The notes under the pieces: model-generated
Databases searched by the model: none
Told to the model about the DNA's origin: nothing
The model's input: the letters and a program-made list of their open reading frames with translations, nothing else
From: Thermotogota bacterium
GTDB lineage: Bacteria > Thermotogota > Thermotogae > Petrotogales > Petrotogaceae
Assembly (NCBI GenBank): GCA_051748045.1
Contig: JBNJGY010000036.1
Coordinates: 1-21,576 of the forward strand
Direction: 5' to 3'
DNA: 21,576 nt
Shown here: piece by piece, positions 1 through 9,178 of the stretch
Position numbering within the stretch: the stretch's first letter is position 1
Layout: every line of letters begins with the position of its first letter
Made by a program: the position numbers and the translations under genes

Positions 1-45
1 ATTGCAAATTTAATAATACCTAATATGAAGAAAAAAAATAAATAA
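1..45 (+). CDS. Possible 3' end of an upstream gene (IANLIIPNMKKKNK*), perhaps a membrane permease C-terminus
   Basis: Frame 1 is open from base 1 to TAA at 43-45; a hydrophobic-Pro-basic tail resembles the NLIxP ending of NCS2/UraA-type permeases; a bidirectional terminator follows. Only 14 codons are visible. Confidence 0.35.
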   Translation: MANLIIPNMKKKNK

Positions 46-55
46 ATATATAAAT

Positions 56-99
56 AAAAGAAAGAAGGATTAAAATTAATTTTAATCCTTCTTTCTTTT
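56..99. terminator. Bidirectional intrinsic terminator (perfect 44-bp palindrome)
   Basis: AAAAGAAAGAAGGATTAAAATT|AATTTTAATCCTTCTTTCTTTT is its own reverse complement, ends in T runs on both strands and abuts the glpK stop codon (99-101). Confidence 0.85.
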
Positions 100-1592
100 C
101 AATCAGTCCAACCTATACTTTTATTAACAGCTTTTTTCCAACTTTTATATAAACTATTTCTTTCTCTATTATTCATATTAGTTTTGTAAGATTTGTCTAT
201 AGACCAATGTTTTTTAAGTTCATCCGTACTTTTCCATAATTTAACTGCAAGCCCAGCTGCATAAGCAGCTCCCAAAGCAGTAGTTTCTGTTACTTTTGGT
301 TTTATGACTGGTATATTTAAAATATCAGATTGAAATTGCATTAATAAGTCATTTACAACCATTCCACCATCTACTTTTAATTCTTTAATTTTTACTCCAG
401 TTTCTTTTTCCATTACTTCCAAAACATCTTTTGTCTGATAAGCTGTAGATTCTAATGCAGCTCTTGCTATATGATTTTTATTTGTATATCTTGTCATACC
501 TACAATAGTACCTCTTGCAGTATCTTCCCAATAAGGAGCAAAAAGGCCACTAAAAGCTGGAACAAAAAAAACTCCTGAATTGTTTTCTACTTTATTGGCT
601 AGTTCTTCAATTTGAGATGATTTTTCTATTATTCCTAAGTTGTCCCTTAACCATTGAACCAAAGCTCCTGCTATTGCAATAGAACCTTCTAAAGCATATT
701 TAACTTTTTGATCACCAATTTTATAGGCTACAGTTGTCAATAATCCATTTTCTGATAATATTTTTTCGTTACCTGTATTAGTTAATAAAAAACATCCAGT
801 ACCATATGTATTTTTTGCATCTCCTTTTTCAAAACATGTTTGACCAAAAAGAGCAGATTGTTGGTCACCAAGCATCCCACCTATGGGAATACCTTCTAAA
901 ATACCTTTACATTTACCATAAACCTCTGAAGAAGATTTTATTTTTGGTAGCATTTGTTTAGGGATATCAAAAATATCTAATAATTCTTCATCCCAATTAA
1001 GAGTCTCAATATTCATTAATAAAGTTCTAGAAGCATTAGAAGGTTCTGTTATATGTTTACCAGCTCTTACTCCTCCTGTAAGGTTCCAAAGAATCCAAGT
1101 GTCAATTGTACCAAATATAGCGTCACCCTTCTCTGCATCTTTTCTGACGCCTTTAACATTGTCTAATATCCATTTTATTTTACTAGCAGAAAAATAAGTG
1201 TTAACTTTCAATCCAGTTTTTTTATTTATAATATCTCCATGTTTTTCTGATATTTTTTTACAAATTTCTTTTGTTCTTACATCTTGCCAAACGATTGCAT
1301 TATAATAAGGCTTTCCTGTATGTTTGTTCCAAACTATTGTTGTTTCTCTCTGATTTGTAATACCAACAGTTTCTAAATCATTTGGGAATATTCCTGATTT
1401 AGAAATTCCTCCAATAATAACTTTCTGAGTTTTTTCCCATATTTCAATTGGGTCATGCTCAACCCATCCTGATTTAGGATAAATTTGTTCATGTTCTAGT
1501 TGATCTTTTGAAATAATATTTGCATTATTGTCAAAAATTATGAACCTTGAACTTGTTGTACCTTGATCAATCGAACCAATATATTTTTTCAT
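99..1592 (-). CDS. glpK: Glycerol kinase
   Basis: FGGY kinase motifs [69 protein letters not shown]; 497 aa; G-rich RBS upstream. Confidence 0.98.
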   Translation of the reverse strand: MKKYIGSIDQGTTSSRFIIFDNNANIISKDQLEHEQIYPKSGWVEHDPIEIWEKTQKVIIGGISKSGIFPNDLETVGITNQRETTIVWNKHTGKPYYNAIVWQDVRTKEICKKISEKHGDIINKKTGLKVNTYFSASKIKWILDNVKGVRKDAEKGDAIFGTIDTWILWNLTGGVRAGKHITEPSNASRTLLMNIETLNWDEELLDIFDIPKQMLPKIKSSSEVYGKCKGILEGIPIGGMLGDQQSALFGQTCFEKGDAKNTYGTGCFLLTNTGNEKILSENGLLTTVAYKIGDQKVKYALEGSIAIAGALVQWLRDNLGIIEKSSQIEELANKVENNSGVFFVPAFSGLFAPYWEDTARGTIVGMTRYTNKNHIARAALESTAYQTKDVLEVMEKETGVKIKELKVDGGMVVNDLLMQFQSDILNIPVIKPKVTETTALGAAYAAGLAVKLWKSTDELKKHWSIDKSYKTNMNNRERNSLYKSWKKAVNKSIGWTD

Positions 1593-1681
1593 ATAGATTA
1601 CCCCCTAATAGTCTCTTTATAATATAATATATTTTTAAAAAAAATACAAACACCATAATATTCATTAATAATGATTTTTAA

Positions 1682-1710
1682 TTGATTATTTTCAAATATT
1701 ATATTATAAT
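1682..1710 (+). promoter_or_regulatory. Sigma70-type promoter for the HD-domain gene
   Basis: TTGATT (1682-1687), 17-nt spacer, TATAAT (1705-1710), then AGGAGGT RBS before ATG 1738. Confidence 0.6.
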
Positions 1711-1737
1711 TTCATTAAATGCAAGGAGGTTGATTAT

Positions 1738-2829
1738 ATGGGGTTAGGGAAATTTTTTGTTAAAATGTCGGATCTATTTACTATTTATAGGTGGAGTAAT
1801 TTACCTGCAATTGTAAGATTCAATGAAGCAGATAGTTCATTTTCAAATGCCATGCTTGGTTTTTTTACTTTTTATGAAGAAGATAGGAATGATTTACTAA
1901 AGTTAATGCATAATAAAATAGTAGAAAATATACCTAAAATTATTTTGTCTGATATTCCCTTAAATACAAAGAAAAAAATAATAGAGAAAGACTCAAATGT
2001 ATGGAATCAAGTACTAGATATTTCAAAAGAAGAATTAAAAGAATTTATCAAAGATAAAAACATTCAAAAAAGTATCACAAATGAATATGAATTAAATGAT
2101 AATCTTTTAAAAACAGAAAAATATCTTAGACTAATAACTGCTAGGAATGAAATAAAAATAAATAAAAGAGTTTTTTCGGAATTCTATGAAGATCCTGATA
2201 TAGAAAATGAAAAATCTCTTCATAATCTAAACTTGAATATAGAGTTAAAAGAAAAGATTGAAAATTATAATCAATCTTTGTTTGATATAATAATTAAATT
2301 AACTCATCTTAAAAGATGGAACAAACTACATAGAAATATAAATAGTTCTGTCTCAGCGCACTCATATTATGTGATGTTTACATCCTATATTCTTTCTATA
2401 TCCCAAAATGTTGATAAAGAATTATTATTTAAAATAATTACAGCCTCATTGTTTCATGATTTACCGGAGGCCTTCACTGGAGATGTTATAAGCCCAACAA
2501 AAAGAAAAGTTCAAAAGTTAGATGGCATAATTACAGAAATTGAAAAAGATTATGTATTAAACTGGGCTGCAAAAAACAAACATGTTAAAAATGTAGTAAA
2601 CGATATATTACCTTTAATAATAGATCCATTCAAAGGAGATTACGGGAGGTTTGTAAGAACAGCAGACTTATTATCTGCTCTTATTGAATGTTCCAATGAG
2701 ATTAGAACTGGTAATTCAAATGAGAATTTCAGAAAAGCATTTTTCGGACTGAAAACTGAAATGAAAGATATTTCACCCATGGATGTGTACACCATTATTG
2801 ATGAAATTGAATATAATACTTTCAAATAA
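1738..2829 (+). CDS. HD-superfamily phosphohydrolase, YfbR/5'-deoxynucleotidase-like, with two tandem HD folds (N-terminal one degenerate)
   Basis: The C-terminal half has LKRW...SVSAHS...LFHDLPEAFTGDVISPTK...ADLLSALIE, typical of YfbR-like HD proteins; the N-terminal half has a matching IYRW...SDIPLNTK pattern. Strong RBS. Confidence 0.85.
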   Translation: MGLGKFFVKMSDLFTIYRWSNLPAIVRFNEADSSFSNAMLGFFTFYEEDRNDLLKLMHNKIVENIPKIILSDIPLNTKKKIIEKDSNVWNQVLDISKEELKEFIKDKNIQKSITNEYELNDNLLKTEKYLRLITARNEIKINKRVFSEFYEDPDIENEKSLHNLNLNIELKEKIENYNQSLFDIIIKLTHLKRWNKLHRNINSSVSAHSYYVMFTSYILSISQNVDKELLFKIITASLFHDLPEAFTGDVISPTKRKVQKLDGIITEIEKDYVLNWAAKNKHVKNVVNDILPLIIDPFKGDYGRFVRTADLLSALIECSNEIRTGNSNENFRKAFFGLKTEMKDISPMDVYTIIDEIEYNTFK

Positions 2830-2857
2830 TAAAAGCAGAGCTTAAGCTCTGCTTTTA
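2830..2857. terminator. Bidirectional intrinsic terminator (perfect 28-bp palindrome)
   Basis: TAAAAGCAGAGCTT|AAGCTCTGCTTTTA between convergent stops at 2829 and 2861. Confidence 0.88.
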
Positions 2858-2860
2858 AAT

Positions 2861-3055
2861 TTAATGTCTAACATACTTCTTTTCGCCATCTGGCATCTTG
2901 AATTTTACTACAGTTCCTTTAGGTGGTTTTTCATAACCTGTAAATATTTTGTGTACATTTGTTTGGTTAACTCCATATTCAGCACCTTCTTCAGAAATAT
3001 GTGCGTCAAATGGATCTTCACTATAAACAAAAACTGTGATTTCAATTTCTTTCAT
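2861..3055 (-). CDS. Small hypothetical protein (64 aa), last gene of the rel-dtd operon
   Basis: ATG preceded by GGGGGTG SD at 5-nt spacing, overlapping the dtd stop; fills the gap between dtd and the terminator exactly; protein-like composition. Confidence 0.75.
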   Translation of the reverse strand: MKEIEITVFVYSEDPFDAHISEEGAEYGVNQTNVHKIFTGYEKPPKGTVVKFKMPDGEKKYVRH

Positions 3056-3066
3056 AAAAACACCCC

Positions 3067-3519
3067 CTAAAAAGTTTTTTCTGAATCTAAAAGTAAAGTC
3101 ACAGGGCCATCATTTTGAATATCTACAATCATATGGCTTTGAAACTTTCCTGTTTGTACGTTTATATTATATTTATTTGTTATATAAGAAATAAATTTTT
3201 GAAAATATTTTTCACCTTTTTCTGGATTGGCTGAGGTCCCAAAAGAAGGTCTTCTTCCTTTTCTACAATCTCCATAAAGAGTAAATTGAGGTACAATTAA
3301 TAATTCGCCTTTAACATCTAAAAGGCTTAAATTCATTTTATCATTTGAATCTTCAAAAACTCTTAAATTTATTATTTTATTAGCAATCCATTCAATATCT
3401 TTATCTGTATCATTTTCACCTATTCCTAATAAAACCATAAAACCTTTATTGATTTCTCCATTAATTTTATTTTCCACAGTAACTTTTGATTTTATAACTC
3501 TTTGAATAACCGCTCTCAA
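3067..3519 (-). CDS. dtd: D-aminoacyl-tRNA deacylase
   Basis: MRAVIQRV start, NLRVFED, PQFTLYGD-RKGRRPSF, NDGPVT (Gly-cisPro motif); TTG start with AGGAGG SD inside the end of rel; conserved rel-dtd synteny. Confidence 0.97.
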   Translation of the reverse strand: MRAVIQRVIKSKVTVENKINGEINKGFMVLLGIGENDTDKDIEWIANKIINLRVFEDSNDKMNLSLLDVKGELLIVPQFTLYGDCRKGRRPSFGTSANPEKGEKYFQKFISYITNKYNINVQTGKFQSHMIVDIQNDGPVTLLLDSEKTF

Positions 3520-3520
3520 A

Positions 3521-5656
3521 TTACATCCTCCTTACACCATAAATACCTTTAATGTCTTGTATTTTATGAGTTATTCTAATTAAATGTTCTATATTACTCA
3601 CTTTCACCCTTATCTTTGTTGTTAAAATATCAGATTGTTTTATGATTTCAAATTTTTCTATATAGCCTTTTTCTATTTTCAAAACATCTCTAACAAAATT
3701 CATAACATCTTTGCTTTCCATATCTATAGATAATATTGCTACAAAACTTGAGTTTTCTTCTGAGTTTGTCCATTCTACATTTAGTTTTTTATCTTCTTTA
3801 ACCCCTCTAATATTTTTACAATTTGTTCTATGTATTCCTATTCCTCTTCTTCCAATTATTCCTATTATATCATCACCAGGTACTGGTGTACAACATTTAG
3901 CAAAATGAGTATCGACTCCTTCTACTCCATCAACAATAACAGAAGGCTTAGAAGAAGATTTTGTTCTTGAAATTTTTGGTTCTTTAATTTCTTCTTCCTC
4001 ATCTTCAATGAAAAAAGATCTAATTGTTTGAAGGCTGATATCTTCAAGCTCTATTTTTATAAATAAATCTTCTTCATTTTTAATATTATATTTAATAAAA
4101 AAAGCATTTTCTTTCAATTTGCTTAACATATCATCGATAGATATATTAAGTTTTTTAGATAACTCTCTAAATTTATCTTTTCCTCTATCTATAAGAATTT
4201 TTTCATTTTTTTGTCTATAATATCTTTTTATTTTACTTGCAGTTCTAGGAGATTTTGCATGTTTTAACCAATCAATACTCGGACCATTGAAATTTCTATT
4301 TACAATAATTTCAACTACATCAGAATTTTGAAGTTCATAAGATATAGGGACTATTCTTCCATTAATCTTAGCTCCTGCGAAATGATTTCCAATATCAGTA
4401 TGAATGGCATAAGCGAAATCTATAGGAGTAGCTCCTTTAGGTAAATGTATTATCTCACCTTGTGGTGTGAAAACAAAGATTTCTTTAGATAATAAATTTG
4501 TCTCTATATCTTTTATATCAAATGCACTTTGAGCAATATCTTTATGTAATTCCATTAGATTTTTTAAAAATTTAACTTTTTGAGAACTTACCCCTTGTTT
4601 ATAAGCCCAATGAGCAGCTAATCCAAATTCAGCTTCTTCATGCATATTCCAATCTCTAATTTGGATTTCTAATGGCTCACCTTTATTTGTTATGACTGTT
4701 GTATGTAAAGATTTATATCCATTGAATTTTGGAGTAGCTATATAATCTTTAATTCTACCTGGCATAGGAGACCACATAGAATGTACAATACCTAAAGAAG
4801 CATAACATTGATTTTGGTTTTCGGTAATTATTCTTAAAGCAATAATGTCATATATATCATCGAATGTTTTCCCTTTATTAAGCATTTTATTCCAAATACT
4901 GTATAAATGCTTAGATCTTCCAGAAACATCTACTTTTATTCTATGTTTTTTTAATTCATTTTTTACTGTCTCAGCGTATTCGTCAATGCTTTTTTGTCTA
5001 TTTGATAATTTTGTCTTTAATTTCTGATTTAAATCACTATAAATATCAGGATGTAAATATTTAAAAGATAAATCTTCAAATTCAGCTTTAATTTTATTAA
5101 TACCTAATCTATGGGCAATTGGAGCATAGATTTTAAGAGTTTCTTGAGATTTTATTATTTGTTTATCTCTTTTTACCCAATCTAAGGTTCTCATATTATG
5201 AAGCCTATCAGACAATTTTACAACAATAACTCTAATATCAGTAGACATAGCAAGAAGCATTTTTCTTATAGTTTCAACTTTCTCAATAGATTTCATATCG
5301 CTTCTTGAAAGCCTTTCATTTAATTTTAAATTACTAATTTTTGTAACCCCGTTAACTATTCTAGCTACATCTTGACCAAATTCCTTTTCTACTTTTTCAA
5401 TTGGTACATCACAATCTTCAACAGTATCATGTAGTAATCCAGCTATTATCGTATCAATATCCATTCTAAATCCAGCTAATATTAAAGCAACCTCTTTTGG
5501 ATGTTCAAAAAAAGGATCACCTGAGTCCCTCATTTGACCTTCATGAGCTTGTTTACCAAATTCATAAGCTCTATATAATCTATCTTTATCTTTTCTGTTT
5601 AATTTATGCCCTATTATAGTTTCTAATTCTTTCACATAATCTTTAACATTTTTCAT
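3521..5656 (-). CDS. relA: Bifunctional (p)ppGpp synthetase/hydrolase Rel (RelA/SpoT family)
   Basis: Hydrolase motifs AHEGQ.R.SG, LLHDTVED, DRLHNMRTL; synthetase motifs RIKDY (RxKD type), YKSLHT, EIQIR, AAHWAYK; TGS (PIDFAYAIHT), Cys-rich ZFD (AKCC.P.PGD, HR..C) and ACT-like C-terminus. Confidence 0.97.
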   Translation of the reverse strand: MKNVKDYVKELETIIGHKLNRKDKDRLYRAYEFGKQAHEGQMRDSGDPFFEHPKEVALILAGFRMDIDTIIAGLLHDTVEDCDVPIEKVEKEFGQDVARIVNGVTKISNLKLNERLSRSDMKSIEKVETIRKMLLAMSTDIRVIVVKLSDRLHNMRTLDWVKRDKQIIKSQETLKIYAPIAHRLGINKIKAEFEDLSFKYLHPDIYSDLNQKLKTKLSNRQKSIDEYAETVKNELKKHRIKVDVSGRSKHLYSIWNKMLNKGKTFDDIYDIIALRIITENQNQCYASLGIVHSMWSPMPGRIKDYIATPKFNGYKSLHTTVITNKGEPLEIQIRDWNMHEEAEFGLAAHWAYKQGVSSQKVKFLKNLMELHKDIAQSAFDIKDIETNLLSKEIFVFTPQGEIIHLPKGATPIDFAYAIHTDIGNHFAGAKINGRIVPISYELQNSDVVEIIVNRNFNGPSIDWLKHAKSPRTASKIKRYYRQKNEKILIDRGKDKFRELSKKLNISIDDMLSKLKENAFFIKYNIKNEEDLFIKIELEDISLQTIRSFFIEDEEEEIKEPKISRTKSSSKPSVIVDGVEGVDTHFAKCCTPVPGDDIIGIIGRRGIGIHRTNCKNIRGVKEDKKLNVEWTNSEENSSFVAILSIDMESKDVMNFVRDVLKIEKGYIEKFEIIKQSDILTTKIRVKVSNIEHLIRITHKIQDIKGIYGVRRM

Positions 5657-5691
5657 TAAATCACTCCAAGTATTCTTTTGTTCTTATTTAA

Positions 5692-5700
5692 ATTATATCA
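5692..5700 (-). promoter_or_regulatory. Extended -10 promoter element for rel
   Basis: The minus strand reads TGaTATAAT about 35 nt upstream of the rel ATG; no clear -35. Confidence 0.5.
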
Positions 5701-5737
5701 TAGCATCTTTTAGTAAGATAGATATAAAATTATACCT

Positions 5738-5764
5738 CTTAATATTTCTTAATAATTATTAATA
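5738..5764 (+). promoter_or_regulatory. Candidate PhoB/PhoP binding site: three TTAATA direct repeats at 10-bp period
   Basis: TTAATA at 5739, 5749 and 5759, upstream of possible -10 elements (TAAAAT 5778-5783, TATTAT 5785-5790) and pstS; OmpR/PhoB-family regulators bind helically phased direct repeats. Confidence 0.5.
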
Positions 5765-5847
5765 TAAACCAAATATATAAAATTTATTATAAGAGTGAAA
5801 GTTTAAGTAAGACAACTACAAAAACATCATCTTAGGAGGTTTTATGA

Positions 5848-6669
5848 ATGAAAAAGTTTCTGTTAAGTTTATTAGTAGTAACATTATTTGTTGTATCATT
5901 CTCTGAAACATTGGTAATCAAAGGGTCAAACACAGTTTTTCCAGTTGCACAATTGTGGATTGAAGAATTAAAAGAAACAAATCCAGAGTTAAATATCACT
6001 TTAGAAGGTGCTGGTTCTTCTACAGGTATAGCAGCTTTATTAAATGGAACAACAGATGTAGCAAATGCTTCAAGATTTATGAAAAGTTCAGAAATTGAAA
6101 AGATGAATGAAAAAGGTAATTTTTTCATGCCAATAGTTGTTGGATATGATGGTATTGCAATTGTTGTAAATAAAGATTTAGGTATTGATAATATTACTTT
6201 AGACCAACTCAAATCTATATACACAGGAAAAATTAAAACATGGAATCAATTAAATTCTAATTTACCTAACAGACCTATAATTAAATATTCAAGAGATACA
6301 GCTTCTGGAACATATGAAACATTCACTAAAATAGCTTTATCTGGAGAAAAAATGGATCCTACAGTAAAAATGGGGCCTTCAACACAATTTGAAATAAATC
6401 AAGTTTCAAAAAACCCTTACGCAATAGCTTATGCTGGTGTTGGTTATGTAGATGATTCAGTTAAATTATTAACTGTTGAAAATGAACAACCTACAGCTTA
6501 TAATATATTAAATTCAGTTTATCCAATATCAAGACCATTATTCATGTTTGTTGATGTAACTGATGGATACATAACAGGAAATGTAAAAGAATATGTAAAC
6601 TTTGGTTTATCTAAAAAAGGTCAGGAAATGGTTGAAAAAGCAGGTTATGTAGCTGCTTATGGAAAATAA
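5848..6669 (+). CDS. pstS: Phosphate ABC transporter substrate-binding protein
   Basis: Signal peptide without lipobox Cys, then IKGSNTV, GAGSSTGI, ANASR, YDGIAIVV, SRDTASGT, YPISRPLF; AGGAGGT SD 7 nt upstream. Confidence 0.96.
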   Translation: MKKFLLSLLVVTLFVVSFSETLVIKGSNTVFPVAQLWIEELKETNPELNITLEGAGSSTGIAALLNGTTDVANASRFMKSSEIEKMNEKGNFFMPIVVGYDGIAIVVNKDLGIDNITLDQLKSIYTGKIKTWNQLNSNLPNRPIIKYSRDTASGTYETFTKIALSGEKMDPTVKMGPSTQFEINQVSKNPYAIAYAGVGYVDDSVKLLTVENEQPTAYNILNSVYPISRPLFMFVDVTDGYITGNVKEYVNFGLSKKGQEMVEKAGYVAAYGK

Positions 6670-6721
6670 TTAGTTCTGAAACGAGAAATATATTTGAAAT
6701 ATCCTCAAGGAGTGAAAATAA

Positions 6722-7588
6722 ATGACTAAAAGAGAATATAAAAATTCATTTAATAAATATCTTATAACAATAGTAGCAACAGTGGGGATATTCGTACTTG
6801 CAGGATTATTCTATTTTATAATAAATGCAGCAATCCCAGCTCTGACAGAAGTCGGAGCTGAGATTTTTTCAAGTGCGAATTGGTATCCTACTTATGAAGA
6901 TGCAGAATATGGTATGATAGCTCAGATAGTTGCTTCAGTTTTAATTACATTATTAGCATCAGCTATAGTTTTACCTTTAGGTTATGTTATAGCTTTTTTT
7001 ATGTATGATTATGCAAAATATCATGAAAAAAATATTATAAAATCTGCAATTGATTTATTATCTGGTGTACCCTCTGTAATAGTTGGTACTTTTTTAATTA
7101 TATACATCTCTCCTGTAATGTATGAGTTTAATATATGGAATGCAGAAAATTTATTTTTAGGGGCTGTCGGATTATCCATTCTTTCACTTCCCTATACAGC
7201 ATCATTGATGCAAGAAGCATTAGATTCAGCTGATAAGAGTTTAAAAGAAGGGGCTTTAGCTCTAGGATCAACTAGATTTACAGCAGGATTTAAAGTAGTT
7301 TCAAGGGCTTCAATATCTGGTATTTTTAATTCAATTATATTAACAGTTAATAGAGTTATTGGGGAAACAATGGTTGTGCTTATGGTAGCTGGAGGAGCTA
7401 ATCTTATTCCTAAGTCCATCTTTGATCCTGTTAGACCTTTAACTGCAACCATTGCAGGAGAAATGGGAGAAGTTGAACTAGGTAGTATACATTATTCAGC
7501 ATTATTTGTGGCTGGATTAATATTATTAATAATTTCCTTTTCTTTAACTTTATTATCTAGAAAGTTAACGAGGAGATGGTCTCATTGA
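6722..7588 (+). CDS. pstC: Phosphate ABC transporter permease PstC
   Basis: W.P...YG, LLSGVPSVIVG, EAA loop (LKEGALALGSTR), RVIGETMVVLMVAG; follows pstS. Confidence 0.95.
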   Translation: MTKREYKNSFNKYLITIVATVGIFVLAGLFYFIINAAIPALTEVGAEIFSSANWYPTYEDAEYGMIAQIVASVLITLLASAIVLPLGYVIAFFMYDYAKYHEKNIIKSAIDLLSGVPSVIVGTFLIIYISPVMYEFNIWNAENLFLGAVGLSILSLPYTASLMQEALDSADKSLKEGALALGSTRFTAGFKVVSRASISGIFNSIILTVNRVIGETMVVLMVAGGANLIPKSIFDPVRPLTATIAGEMGEVELGSIHYSALFVAGLILLIISFSLTLLSRKLTRRWSH

Positions 7589-8409
7589 AGAAAGATATAA
7601 TTATTTCTACAATATTTAGAGTTATTTCATATTCTATTTTTTTAATTATAATTGGAATTTTTGCAACTATTATAATAGAAGGTGTTCAATATTTTAGTAT
7701 AGATTTTTTCACAAAATATCCTTCTAATGGTATGACCGAAGGAGGAATTTGGCCCGCTATTTTAGGTAGTTTGATCATGATTGGTCTAACCCTTTTATTT
7801 GCAGTACCAATAGGGTTATTAACTGGAATCTTTTTATCAGAATATGGAAGGAACACTAGATTGTCTAGAATTTTGGATACTTCTATCACATCATTATCAG
7901 GAGTTCCTTCTATAGTTTATGGGTTATTTGGATTAGCTTTATTTTCTGTAACTCTAGGATTTAAGACATCTATATTATCTGGGAGTTTAACCTTATCTGT
8001 GATGACATTACCAATTATTGCTTCATCAGTAAAAGAAGCTATATCTTCACTTCCAGGAACTTTAAGAGAGTCAGCATACGCTCTTGGAGCTAAAAAGACA
8101 GAAGTTATATACAAAATATTAGTTCCTGCTGCAAAAAATAGAATTGTAACAGCTATACTTATAGGAATGGGAAGAGTTATTGGAGAAACAGCACCAGTGC
8201 TTTTAACAGGGGCAGTATTTTTTTCCACATATTTCCCAAATAGTATAATGCAACCTGTAATGACATTACCTACTCATATATATTATATAGCTGTAGCTTA
8301 TGGTAGAGACGCACAATGGATGGCTAAAGGATCTTCAGCATTTTTATTACTTTTAATTATAGGAATTTATTCGATAGCTTTTGCAATTAGGAGGAAGTCA
8401 AATGGATAA
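7585..8409 (+). CDS. pstA: Phosphate ABC transporter permease PstA (TTG start at 7585 preferred; ATG 7576 possible)
   Basis: GGIWPAILGS, LSGVPSIVYGLFG, LRESAYALGA, GRVIGETAP, TLPTHIY. The SD GAGGAG (7570-7575) abuts ATG 7576 directly, so the in-frame TTG overlapping the pstC stop is better spaced. Confidence 0.93.
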   Translation: MKKDIIISTIFRVISYSIFLIIIGIFATIIIEGVQYFSIDFFTKYPSNGMTEGGIWPAILGSLIMIGLTLLFAVPIGLLTGIFLSEYGRNTRLSRILDTSITSLSGVPSIVYGLFGLALFSVTLGFKTSILSGSLTLSVMTLPIIASSVKEAISSLPGTLRESAYALGAKKTEVIYKILVPAAKNRIVTAILIGMGRVIGETAPVLLTGAVFFSTYFPNSIMQPVMTLPTHIYYIAVAYGRDAQWMAKGSSAFLLLLIIGIYSIAFAIRRKSNG

Positions 8410-9163
8410 AAATATTATAATACAAACAAAAGATTTTAACGGATGGTATGATGAAAAACAGGCTTTAAAGAATATAAATTTAAAATTTTATAAAAATAAA
8501 ATATCGGCAATTATAGGACCAAGCGGTTGTGGTAAATCAACATTATTAAGAAGTATAAATAGAATGAATGATGAAATACCTGTATATAAAGTTAATGGAG
8601 ATATGTATTTTGGTGAAAAAAATATTTATGAAAAAGATTTAGATTTAACAGTTTTTAGGAAAAAGGTAGGAATGGTTTTTCAAAAACCAGTTCCTTTTCC
8701 GATGAGTATTTTCGATAACGTTGCTTTTGGTTTAAAAATTCATGGAATAAAAAATAAAAATAAATTAGAACAAGTAGTAGAAAAATCTTTAAAAGATGCT
8801 GCTTTGTGGGATGAAGTAAAAGATGAATTAGATAAATCAGCTTATTCTTTATCAGGAGGACAACAACAAAGATTATGTATCGCAAGAGCTTTAGCTGTTG
8901 ATCCAGAAGTAATATTATTAGATGAGCCTACTTCAGCTCTTGACCCAATAGCTACACAAAAAATAGAAAGATTAATTGAAGAATTATCCGAAAAATATAC
9001 TATAATTATAGTGACACATAATTTAGCTCAAGCTGTAAGAATATCGGATTATATGTATTTCATGTTTCAAGGTGAATTAATAGAGACTGGATTAACCTCA
9101 GAAATGGTAAAAGCTCCACAAGTTCAATTAACAGAAGATTATTTAAACGGTAGAATTGGTTAA
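8402..9163 (+). CDS. pstB: Phosphate ABC transporter ATP-binding protein
   Basis: Walker A GPSGCGKST, VGMVFQKP.PFP.SI, LSGGQQQRLCIARAL, LLDEPTSALDP, VTHN; ATG 8402 follows AGGAGG and overlaps the end of pstA. Confidence 0.97.
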   Translation: MDKNIIIQTKDFNGWYDEKQALKNINLKFYKNKISAIIGPSGCGKSTLLRSINRMNDEIPVYKVNGDMYFGEKNIYEKDLDLTVFRKKVGMVFQKPVPFPMSIFDNVAFGLKIHGIKNKNKLEQVVEKSLKDAALWDEVKDELDKSAYSLSGGQQQRLCIARALAVDPEVILLDEPTSALDPIATQKIERLIEELSEKYTIIIVTHNLAQAVRISDYMYFMFQGELIETGLTSEMVKAPQVQLTEDYLNGRIG

Positions 9164-9178
9164 TAGGAGGGAAATAAT

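Noticed and set aside
5844..5906. Out-of-frame ATG at 5844 opening a 20-codon ORF over the pstS start
   Set aside because: It is only 3 nt from the SD, whereas the pstS ATG at 5848 has optimal 7-nt spacing; no evidence for a regulatory role.
5848..5910. PstS lacks a lipoprotein Cys
   Set aside because: Expected for a diderm with soluble periplasmic binding proteins.
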